Positions 32,287-40,721 of a DNA stretch of 64,000 nucleotides are shown here, piece after piece (positions within the stretch are counted from its first letter, which is position 1; each line of letters opens with the position of its first letter). Below the pieces are notes generated by a model. The model saw only the letters and a list, made by a program, of their open reading frames with translations. It was not told where the DNA came from and searched no databases. Source of the DNA: Bacilli bacterium (GTDB taxonomy: Bacteria; Bacillota_I; Bacilli_A; RF39; UBA660); contig DAOPMC010000001.1 of the NCBI GenBank assembly GCA_035392025.1, positions 68-64,067 on the forward strand, in the 5' to 3' direction. The translations under genes were made by a program, and so were the position numbers.

Positions 32287-32628
32287 ATGTATGTAAAGAA
32301 ATCTACAATTGATTTATATATTTCTCTTTTTTCTATAGGAGTTGTTTTGTGTGCATGCTATCTTCTAGTCACAAAGGTTTTAGTGCATGAAAAAGAGGAG
32401 ACAACTTTAAAAGAAAGACAGTCACTACTGCTTAGTGGAAAAAAGTATATAATCAATAATTCTACTAATTATGTGAATTTGGAAACATTATATAATAGTG
32501 GTTATATTAGTAATGATATTCCAAATGTATGTGATAAAAAAAACTCTACTATAGAATATAAAGATAAGAAATTAATAATTAATCTTGTTTGTAATAATAA
32601 AATTGAAAAGCTGACAATTGCTAAGTGA
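32287..32628 (+). CDS. Small membrane-anchored hypothetical protein
   Basis: ORF (frame open from 32245) with one N-terminal TM segment; start uncertain; 4-nt overlap-style coupling with the downstream femAB-like gene region. Confidence 0.3.
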   Translation: MYVKKSTIDLYISLFSIGVVLCACYLLVTKVLVHEKEETTLKERQSLLLSGKKYIINNSTNYVNLETLYNSGYISNDIPNVCDKKNSTIEYKDKKLIINLVCNNKIEKLTIAK

Positions 32629-32638
32629 AGGTGAAACT

Positions 32639-33877
32639 ATGAAAATAATTAATTTAACTGATGTACAATTTGATGAGTATTCTAAGAACCATCCATTACA
32701 TACATATTTTCAAACATCTGCGTATGCTAAGGTTATGAATAAATGCGGTTACGGAATCAAATTTTGGGGATTCATGGAAAAAGACAATATGATAGGTGCT
32801 GCCATGATTTTATGTGGTAAACTATTTGCAAATTACAAATATGCCTATTCTCCAAGAGGAATGCTTATTAATTATGTAAATGAAGAAGAAGTAAGAATAA
32901 TAACAAGCGCTGTTAAAAACTCTTTAGCACATGAAGGATTTGTGTTTTTAAAAATAGATCCTCCCATTATGGATTATAAACACGATCAAGATGGCAATGT
33001 TATCGCTAAAGCGAATGTATCTTCACATCAAATTTTATTAAAGAATAATTATACCCATTTTGGCAATAATCTTTTCTTTGAAACATTAAAACCTAGATGG
33101 AACGCCATCATCAATTTGAGTGAAGAAAAGCCAACCGTATTAGATAGTTTTAATAAATCAACGAGAAATAAAATTAAAAAGGCAACTTCAAGGGGAATAG
33201 ATGTAACTAAGTTAGATGTAAATAGTCTGCCAAGATTTTATAACTTCGTTGCTAAAAAGCATTATCGACGAATCAACTATTATTCTGATATGTGTGCTTT
33301 TTTTGGAGATAATTTTGAGATGTATGTAGCGCAACTTGATACAAATTCTTATTTGAAAAGTGTTCAGAAAATCTATGACAAGGGTCAGGCAAAAAATGAA
33401 GAACTAAATTATAAAATCCAAACTATTCCAAATAATAGTGATTTAATTACTAGGAAAATGGAATCAGATAAAATTATTAATGCCAATAAAGAAGAACTAA
33501 AGAAAGCGACCGATTTATTGGCAAAATTTCCTGATATGCTAGATATAGGAGCTATTGCAATAATTAAAACTCCTAAAGTAATTTATCTATTAATCGATGG
33601 CTTTGATAAATCATATTCTTTAATATATCCATCATTTTACTTAAAGTGGTTTATTATTGATAAATATGTAAGCCTAGGATATAAAGTATTTAACTTAAAT
33701 GGTATCTCAGGAGAATTTAATAAAATTAATAAATTCAGTGGATTAACAGACATGAAATTAGGTTTTAATGCTGAAGTTTGCGAATATATTGGTGAATATG
33801 ACTTAATAATTAACCCCACTATATATAAGCTCCATGCTAAAACGGGAAATGCTATAATGAAAAAAAATTATAAGTAA
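32639..33877 (+). CDS. FemAB-family peptidoglycan interpeptide-bridge aminoacyltransferase
   Basis: About 410 aa with FemX-like N-terminus (...HP.H.F.QT..WA...) and conserved C-terminal block (G.S...KFG......EYIGE.DL). Start taken at ATG 32639 with an AAGGTGA RBS. Confidence 0.7.
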   Translation: MKIINLTDVQFDEYSKNHPLHTYFQTSAYAKVMNKCGYGIKFWGFMEKDNMIGAAMILCGKLFANYKYAYSPRGMLINYVNEEEVRIITSAVKNSLAHEGFVFLKIDPPIMDYKHDQDGNVIAKANVSSHQILLKNNYTHFGNNLFFETLKPRWNAIINLSEEKPTVLDSFNKSTRNKIKKATSRGIDVTKLDVNSLPRFYNFVAKKHYRRINYYSDMCAFFGDNFEMYVAQLDTNSYLKSVQKIYDKGQAKNEELNYKIQTIPNNSDLITRKMESDKIINANKEELKKATDLLAKFPDMLDIGAIAIIKTPKVIYLLIDGFDKSYSLIYPSFYLKWFIIDKYVSLGYKVFNLNGISGEFNKINKFSGLTDMKLGFNAEVCEYIGEYDLIINPTIYKLHAKTGNAIMKKNYK

Positions 33878-33883
33878 ATTATA

Positions 33884-33912
33884 AAAGATGCAAAATTTGC
33901 ATCTTTTATTTT
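33884..33912. terminator. Bidirectional Rho-independent terminator between the femAB-like gene and whiA
   Basis: AAAAGATGCAAA-T-TTTGCATCTTTT perfect hairpin with flanking T/A runs. Confidence 0.55.
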
Positions 33913-34823
33913 TATAGCATTCCTTTTATTTTTCTAAAACGATGATTAAGCCCAGATTTCGTTATTTCTTTTCCCGTTTCAAAAGACATAATTTTACTAA
34001 GTTCCATAAGGGAAGCCTCTGGATATTTTTTCCTATAATCTATTATCTCTTTTATTTTTTCATCTAATGCATCATATTCATATTTTTCAAGTAATTTATC
34101 TATATCATCTATCTGTTTATTAGCACTTTCTATCACTTTATCAATATTAGCTTGTTCACAATTGTTTAATCTATTAGTCATATTTTTATGATCTCTATAT
34201 ATCCTTATATCTTCAAAATATAATACCGCTCTATTAGCTTCAATAATTCTAAGAAAATCAGCAATTTTTTCAGCTTTTTTGACATAGACCATATATCCAT
34301 TTTCACGATATAGAGCCTTTGATTTAATATTAAAATAGTTCAATAATTCAATAACATATTCCGCTTCTTCTTTTTTATCAATCATAAGTTCTAAATGATA
34401 TCTAGCCGTTTTAGGATCATTAATACTTCCTGTTTTTAAAAATACGCCTCTTAAATAAGCTCGTTTTTCTTCTTCTGTTTCCACAAAATAATCTTTTGGT
34501 TTAACTAAATATGCATCATTTTCAACTATATTTAGACTCGATAAAATATCAGACACATTATCTGTTATGGTTAACGTATAATATCTTCTTTTTAACAATC
34601 TATGGCTAATATCATTATCCATGATACATGTTACATCATATAATGACTTAAACAATAAATATATTCTTTTAGCCACTTTAGGATTTTCTGTTAATAATTC
34701 TATCTTATTTGATGTTACTTTGGAATAATCATTTCTAATAAAAGCTGATAATTCTACTAATGATTCCATTCTGTTCTTATCCAACTGGCATATTTCATTT
34801 TTTATTTCTGTTGTAAATGGCAT
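33912..34823 (-). CDS. whiA: Sporulation/cell-division transcription regulator WhiA
   Basis: 303 aa; degenerate LAGLIDADG-like middle domain and C-terminal HTH (...SGLNHRFRKI); downstream of yvcK as in Firmicutes. Confidence 0.85.
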   Translation of the reverse strand: MPFTTEIKNEICQLDKNRMESLVELSAFIRNDYSKVTSNKIELLTENPKVAKRIYLLFKSLYDVTCIMDNDISHRLLKRRYYTLTITDNVSDILSSLNIVENDAYLVKPKDYFVETEEEKRAYLRGVFLKTGSINDPKTARYHLELMIDKKEEAEYVIELLNYFNIKSKALYRENGYMVYVKKAEKIADFLRIIEANRAVLYFEDIRIYRDHKNMTNRLNNCEQANIDKVIESANKQIDDIDKLLEKYEYDALDEKIKEIIDYRKKYPEASLMELSKIMSFETGKEITKSGLNHRFRKIKGML

Positions 34824-34824
34824 A

Positions 34825-35772
34825 TTACCACCTCATTAGATAAGAGAAAAATACAGTTGCAAGTTTCAAACTATCATGCCTAATCATATCATCTTCAAGT
34901 GTTAATATATCTCCTAAAATAAGTTTGCAGTCTAATCTTGCTATTTCTTCTTTATCTATTTTTACTAATCCTTTTTGTTCTTCATTGCTATATTTTGCTA
35001 GTATTTTATCAGATATTTTAGTATTTGCTGCAAGTACTGTATCAACTTTCCTTTTCTTTAAATATTTATTTAATATTTTTAAATGATCCGATACAGAAAA
35101 GTCTTCTGTTTCACCAAATTGGGTCACTGCATTACACAAATATATTATTTTAGCTTTTGACTTAGATATTTCATCTATTAAGTCTTTGCACAATAAGTGA
35201 GGTATTGTACTGGTATATAAACTACCCATACTAAATACTATGGCATCTGCGCATTTAACGGCATCAAGCACTTCCTTTAATACTTTAGGCTTTTCTTTAT
35301 AAAATATTTTTTTATATTTTTTACCTGACAGTGGAATGTTGCTTTCTCCTTCAACAATTTCACCATCTATAGTTTCTCCCATAAGTGTTAAATAATCTTC
35401 TGACAATGGTAATACTCGTGCATCAACATCCAAAAGTTTAGAACACATATCAATGCTTTCTTTTAAACTGCCTGTCATATTATACATTCCTGTGATTAAC
35501 AAATTACCAATAGGATGACCATTTAAATCACTATATGTGTTAAAACGATATTGCATAACATCTTTAATTGACGAATCTATTTTAGCAAGAGATACTATAA
35601 CATTTCTAAGATCTCCTACTGCCGGCATATTAAATTCTTCACGAAGTTTTCCCGTTGACTTACCATTATCGCAAACAGAAATTACTGCTGTTATTTCAAC
35701 TGGAAATAATTTAATTCCTTGAAGGAAATAATTCATACCATGTCCTCCACCAAAAACAACAATCTTTTTCAT
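34825..35772 (-). CDS. yvcK: Gluconeogenesis factor YvcK (UPF0052/CofD-like)
   Basis: N-terminal VVFGGGHG motif; 315 aa; yvcK-whiA synteny. Confidence 0.85.
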   Translation of the reverse strand: MKKIVVFGGGHGMNYFLQGIKLFPVEITAVISVCDNGKSTGKLREEFNMPAVGDLRNVIVSLAKIDSSIKDVMQYRFNTYSDLNGHPIGNLLITGMYNMTGSLKESIDMCSKLLDVDARVLPLSEDYLTLMGETIDGEIVEGESNIPLSGKKYKKIFYKEKPKVLKEVLDAVKCADAIVFSMGSLYTSTIPHLLCKDLIDEISKSKAKIIYLCNAVTQFGETEDFSVSDHLKILNKYLKKRKVDTVLAANTKISDKILAKYSNEEQKGLVKIDKEEIARLDCKLILGDILTLEDDMIRHDSLKLATVFFSYLMRW

Positions 35773-35834
35773 TAAATCACCTACTTAATTATATTGTACT
35801 ATATTTGAAATATAAAAAAAAGACTAAAACTAGT

Positions 35835-36257
35835 CTACTTAACTATTGGAAAAATCATCACACATACCATTGCAACAACTGCAATCAGTGCAATTATGGC
35901 AAGGAGAGTCACTATATTAATAAATGCATTTTCGCGGTATTGATTCGTTTCCATATTTGCGCCACCATAAGTCATTGGTGCTGGTGATTGATAGTCTTCA
36001 TAACCATTACCTGCTGATATACCTGGTTTTGTTAGGGTCCTGGCAAGTCCAACTCCTAGTGATTGTTGATTAGACTGTGTGTTAGAATTATTAGATAAAG
36101 AATTTATTTCATCAGCAATAACTCCATCTACTTTCCCCAGAACAGCATCAGCAGTATCTAGTACCTGTTGCTCTAAATTTCCTTTGTTTGATCCTGCAGT
36201 AGCCTCTTGGAAATAACGAGTGAATAAATTAACATATCCTTTTTCTATATTATTCAT
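35835..36257 (-). CDS. Hypothetical C-terminally membrane-anchored (tail-anchored) protein
   Basis: 140 aa, Gln/Asn/Ser-rich with a single C-terminal TM segment; terminator hairpin AGACTA-AAAC-TAGTCT overlaps its stop. Confidence 0.4.
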   Translation of the reverse strand: MNNIEKGYVNLFTRYFQEATAGSNKGNLEQQVLDTADAVLGKVDGVIADEINSLSNNSNTQSNQQSLGVGLARTLTKPGISAGNGYEDYQSPAPMTYGGANMETNQYRENAFINIVTLLAIIALIAVVAMVCVMIFPIVK

Positions 36258-36796
36258 TAAGCGATCATCTCTTTCAACTTATTTATATGCATATCTATTT
36301 TTTTATTAAGTTCACCAATAAAGTAAACATCATAAAAATCATGAAAATTTATGTCACTATTCATTTTTCTAAATATTTCATTAAAATATGGTCTTATCCA
36401 AATAGGAACTTTTTCAATATATAAATTATAATTTTCATTAACTTCTAAATCACTTTTAATAGCAGACTGATCCTCATTTACATACCATCCCATTATCATT
36501 AATGCAAATGATATCTTGTTATGCTCTCTTGATGACTTTCTATCTGCAAGAACACTTACACCAGTCATAGAACTAGCAATTGTTTTCTCAAGAGGATCAT
36601 ATAAATTATGTATTGGAAAGCCTATTTCTTTAGTGTCGGTATCAATGTTTATCTGATTTAAGTTAATGTCTATTAATACTAAGCCTTCTTTGTATTTTTT
36701 ATCCATTGCAATATCAACTTTTTTCATAATATGTAAAAAGCTATCATTTTTAACATTATCAATATACTCTTTTAATGATACTATTGCCATAAACAA
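36257..36796 (-). CDS. Hypothetical protein
   Basis: 179-aa ORF translationally coupled (1-nt overlap) to the downstream gene; no motif recognised. Confidence 0.4.
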   Translation of the reverse strand: MFMAIVSLKEYIDNVKNDSFLHIMKKVDIAMDKKYKEGLVLIDINLNQINIDTDTKEIGFPIHNLYDPLEKTIASSMTGVSVLADRKSSREHNKISFALMIMGWYVNEDQSAIKSDLEVNENYNLYIEKVPIWIRPYFNEIFRKMNSDINFHDFYDVYFIGELNKKIDMHINKLKEMIA

Positions 36797-36824
36797 TCCC
36801 TCTACTTTAACTTAATTATATCAT

Positions 36825-37427
36825 TTATTTTAAGGCTTTCAAATAGTTTTTAAGTAATTTTCTAATACTTAACAGTGCGTTGTCTACTTGCTTTTCACTA
36901 ATTTCTAATATCGCTGCTATGTCTTTGTAACTAAAAAAATTGTATCTAAGTTCAAATATATATGATTTTGATAGATCTAGGGAATGTTTGAACATTATTA
37001 TTTCTCTTTCAAACAAACTGTCTTCTACAGTTTCAACAGATGAATTCTTTTTGTTACTAACAGCATTGTATATCATTTCTTCATTAAATCCTTCATCTCC
37101 TAGTGTAGCATTGTTTAAAACATCATTTTTCTTACTACTTGCTTTTTTCAAAGATTTAAGAATTTGTTTTTCTATACAAATATTGGCAAATGTATAAAAC
37201 ATTGATCTATCTCCATTAAATCCTTCTATTGCTTTTGAAAGACCAATTCTGCCTTCTTGAACCATATCTTGATATTCTAATCCTTTTTGATATCCATAAG
37301 AAAAGTATTTAGTTGCATACTTATAGATTATTGGCTGATACTTTTTATATATAGTACTACTCGCCTCTTCATCATTTTCAGAAACTAAATACATTAATTC
37401 ATAATCATTATATTCTTCATATTTCAT
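36825..37427 (-). CDS. sigH: RNA polymerase sigma factor SigH (sigma-30) family
   Basis: Sigma-70 region 2 (DMVQEGRIGLSKAI) and region 4; sits downstream of cysS-mrnC-rlmB exactly as sigH does in Bacillus/Clostridia. Confidence 0.7.
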   Translation of the reverse strand: MKYEEYNDYELMYLVSENDEEASSTIYKKYQPIIYKYATKYFSYGYQKGLEYQDMVQEGRIGLSKAIEGFNGDRSMFYTFANICIEKQILKSLKKASSKKNDVLNNATLGDEGFNEEMIYNAVSNKKNSSVETVEDSLFEREIIMFKHSLDLSKSYIFELRYNFFSYKDIAAILEISEKQVDNALLSIRKLLKNYLKALK

Positions 37428-37437
37428 GTATCCTCCA

Positions 37438-38133
37438 TCAGTTGCTTCTTTGTTTTATCACCTCATATATTAATATTCCTGCGGCAACAGAAGCATTTAG
37501 ACTATTTATTTTTCCTGCCATAGGAATTGATACAACGAAATCTGATTTTTCTTTTACTAGTCTACTTATGCCAAGACCTTCACTTCCAATTACTAAACAT
37601 GTGCTCATATTATAATCACATTTAGAAAAGTCGGTGCCATCCATATCAGAAGATACTATCCAGTAATCTTTCTTTTTCAAATACTCGATAGTACTGCATA
37701 AATTAGCCACTTTAGCAATTTTTACATTCTCTAAAGCTCCAGCTGAAGTTTTCATAACAGTCCCAGTAATGTCCACACTTCTATCTTTAGGAATAATTAT
37801 TCCATCAACTCCAGCAGCTTCACATGTTCTTAAAATTGCACCAAAGTTATGTGGATCTTCTAAATGATCTAGCATGACTATTAAACCATTTTCTTTAATC
37901 ATATCGTCAACTTGACAGTACTCATAATCTCTTATATCGATGATTATACCCTGATGATTCTCATTTGCAAGTTGATCTAATCTCCTTTTGTCTACATTTT
38001 CAACTGCTAATTTGTGCTTTTGTATAGCACAAATTACATCTTTATCATTAAAATTGTCCCATAAATATATTTTTTTGACACTTTTTGGATTTTTTAATAT
38101 TTCTTTCGCCACATTTTTACCTGATACTAGCAT
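37438..38133 (-). CDS. rlmB: 23S rRNA (guanosine-2'-O)-methyltransferase RlmB (SpoU/TrmH family)
   Basis: SpoU methylase motifs (NFGAILRT, ...LVIGSEG.G, S.N.S.AA). Confidence 0.8.
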   Translation of the reverse strand: MLVSGKNVAKEILKNPKSVKKIYLWDNFNDKDVICAIQKHKLAVENVDKRRLDQLANENHQGIIIDIRDYEYCQVDDMIKENGLIVMLDHLEDPHNFGAILRTCEAAGVDGIIIPKDRSVDITGTVMKTSAGALENVKIAKVANLCSTIEYLKKKDYWIVSSDMDGTDFSKCDYNMSTCLVIGSEGLGISRLVKEKSDFVVSIPMAGKINSLNASVAAGILIYEVIKQRSN

Positions 38134-38504
38134 TTTACTTCCTCCTTTATAAAATTAAATATTTCTTCTATCCTATCTTTTTTATTTTTTAAGTATAAAT
38201 AACCAAACAAAGTTTCAAACGCTGTTGCATGTTTATATGTTAAAATATCGCAAGACTTTGGTTTGGAATTTATTTTAGCATTTCTTCCTCGTTTAATTAT
38301 TTCTTGTTCTTCTAACGTTAGTTTACTAATTATCTTATTTAGGATATCTGACTGACTCTTAGCGGTTACAAATTTTAAAGACTCTTTTTGTAAAAGATTA
38401 ACATTGTTTATCCCTTTTGATATTAAATAATTTCTTACCAATAATTCATATACGCCGTCTCCCAAATAAGCTAGTGCAATCGTATTAACCAAATCTGTAT
38501 TCAT
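38127..38504 (-). CDS. mrnC: Mini-ribonuclease 3
   Basis: 125 aa with the RNase III signature ALAYLGDGVYEL.VR. Confidence 0.8.
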   Translation of the reverse strand: MNTDLVNTIALAYLGDGVYELLVRNYLISKGINNVNLLQKESLKFVTAKSQSDILNKIISKLTLEEQEIIKRGRNAKINSKPKSCDILTYKHATAFETLFGYLYLKNKKDRIEEIFNFIKEEVKC

Positions 38505-38558
38505 AATTTATACCTCTAATTCATTATATCATCTATTTTGCAACTAAAAAAGAGACTT

Positions 38559-39230
38559 TTAGTCTCTTCTCCCTCTTGCCATTAAAAGTAATCTTAAAAT
38601 TTGTAAAATTGTTGTCAACACTGATGCTACATAAGTAAATGCTGCGGCATTTAAAACTTTTTTAGAAAATTTTTGCTCTGAATTAGTAAGTATTCCTAAC
38701 TTTCCTAAGTTTTCACCCGCTATTTTAGATGCCCCAAACTCTACTGGAAGAGTTGCGATTTGAAATAGTAAGACGAAGCAAAGTAAAATTACACCAAAAT
38801 ATAGCATATCCAACCATCCTAAGACTAGCCCAATAATAACAGCAATATATCCTAATTTTGATCCCAAACTTGCAAGTGGTAATATGAATGATCTAAATCT
38901 CATAGATCCATCTTTATTTTTATCTTGGATTGCATGTCCTACCTCATGAGCTGCAACTGCGGCTGATGCAATTGATTCTCCATTATATATATCAGTCGAC
39001 AATCTTACTACCTTTGTCCTAGGATCATAATGATCTGTTAAATTACCACTAGTTTCAACTACATATATATTATTAATACCATTTGCTTTCAATATTGTTC
39101 TTGCTACTTCTCCACCATTTATTAATTTCTTGTTTTTTACTTGTTTATATTTGTTAAATATAGATTGAACATATATTTGGGCTATAAGTGTTATAACAAA
39201 ACCAATAATTGCTAAATAATAATAGTACAT
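38559..39230 (-). CDS. Membrane zinc metallopeptidase (YpfJ / Zn-peptidase-2-like)
   Basis: HEVGH zinc-binding motif flanked by TM segments; terminator hairpin AAGAGACT-TTT-AGTCTCTT overlaps the stop. Confidence 0.7.
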   Translation of the reverse strand: MYYYYLAIIGFVITLIAQIYVQSIFNKYKQVKNKKLINGGEVARTILKANGINNIYVVETSGNLTDHYDPRTKVVRLSTDIYNGESIASAAVAAHEVGHAIQDKNKDGSMRFRSFILPLASLGSKLGYIAVIIGLVLGWLDMLYFGVILLCFVLLFQIATLPVEFGASKIAGENLGKLGILTNSEQKFSKKVLNAAAFTYVASVLTTILQILRLLLMARGRRD

Positions 39231-39233
39231 ATA

Positions 39234-40622
39234 TTACCCTCTTTCGTATTTGGTACCTTCGTTAGTATCAATTAATTTAATTCCTTTTTGTAAAAGCTCA
39301 TCTCTTATCTCATCTGCTTTTTTATAATCTTTATTTGCTTTTGCTATGTCACGTTCTTTTATTTTGTTAAGTATCTCTTCATCTACATTAAATTCTTCTT
39401 CTTTTGTTAGATCAAGTCCTAAAACTTTATCAAAATCTTCAATAACCGTTAATTTTGTGCATTCATTTAATTCATCATCTTTTAACAAATCATATATTGT
39501 AGTAAGCATCATCGCTGTATTTAAGTCATTTGCTATGGCATTCTCAAACTTAATAAAATATTTCTTTGCTAGTGCATCATCATACTCTCCAACATTCTTA
39601 TTAAGTGATAAAATTCTTTTTTTAAGTTTAAAGTATGTATTTTGTGCTATATCCAAAGACTCATATGAAAATACTAAATTATTTCTATAATGAGAGTTTA
39701 AACACATATATTTATAACTTAATGGATTATAATCTTTAGCCTTTAATAAATCAAGTGTTAAAAAATCTCCTTTTGATTTGCTCATTTTACCTGATTTATC
39801 ATTTAAATGATTAGAATGAACCCAATAATTACACCACTTGTGTCCAAATAAAGCTTCCGATTGTGCTATTTCGTTAGTATGATGTGGAAATATATTATCA
39901 ACACCACCACAGTGAATATCTAAATATTCTCCTAAATACTTAGATGCTATTATGGAACACTCTATGTGCCATCCAGGATATCCTATTCCCCAAGGAGAAT
40001 TCCATTTTTGTTCTTGATCATCAAACTTTGATTTAGTAAACCAAAGCCCAAAATCAAATGGATTTTTCTTTAATTCATCTTTTGTGACACTATCTCTAAC
40101 TCCAACAATCAAATCTTCTGCTTTTTTGCCCGATAATTTGAAGTATTCATTAGCTCTCGTTATATCAAAATAAATGTTACCGCCAGATTGATATGCATAT
40201 CCTTTATCAAGCAAAACTTTAATAGCTTCTATATAATCATTAATATGATCTGTTGCTTTTTCAACTATCTCAGGCCATTTTAAATTCAAATTATTAAAAT
40301 CTTCCCTAAAACATTTTGTATAAAAGGAAGCAATCTCTTGTGCGCTCTTATGCTCTCTTTTAGCACCTTCTACCATTTTATCAAGTCCAATATCAGCATC
40401 CCCAGCATTATGCCCAACATCAGTAATGTTCATAACTCTTTTTACTTTATATCCTAAATAGTTTAATCCTTTTTCAAATATATCTTCAAAAATATAACAT
40501 CTAAGATTACCTATATGAGCATAATGATAGACTGTAGGCCCACATGTATACATTGAAACCTCCCCATCATTATGTGGAATAAACTCTTCTTCTTTTTTCG
40601 TAAGTGTATTGTATATTTCCAT
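39234..40622 (-). CDS. cysS: Cysteine--tRNA ligase
   Basis: Class I HIGN and KMSKS motifs; 462 aa. Confidence 0.9.
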   Translation of the reverse strand: MEIYNTLTKKEEEFIPHNDGEVSMYTCGPTVYHYAHIGNLRCYIFEDIFEKGLNYLGYKVKRVMNITDVGHNAGDADIGLDKMVEGAKREHKSAQEIASFYTKCFREDFNNLNLKWPEIVEKATDHINDYIEAIKVLLDKGYAYQSGGNIYFDITRANEYFKLSGKKAEDLIVGVRDSVTKDELKKNPFDFGLWFTKSKFDDQEQKWNSPWGIGYPGWHIECSIIASKYLGEYLDIHCGGVDNIFPHHTNEIAQSEALFGHKWCNYWVHSNHLNDKSGKMSKSKGDFLTLDLLKAKDYNPLSYKYMCLNSHYRNNLVFSYESLDIAQNTYFKLKKRILSLNKNVGEYDDALAKKYFIKFENAIANDLNTAMMLTTIYDLLKDDELNECTKLTVIEDFDKVLGLDLTKEEEFNVDEEILNKIKERDIAKANKDYKKADEIRDELLQKGIKLIDTNEGTKYERG

Positions 40623-40675
40623 ATTGCCTCCTTAACCTAGTTATATTATATTCTAATAATATATAAAAATCAAAC

Positions 40676-40703
40676 CAAGAAAAAAGATAGATTTTTCTAT
40701 CTT
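40676..40703 (-). terminator. Rho-independent terminator of the large TasA-like fusion gene
   Basis: AAGATAGA-TTTT-TCTATCTT hairpin followed (minus strand) by a T-run. Confidence 0.55.
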
Positions 40704-40721
40704 TAAAAACATAATTTATAT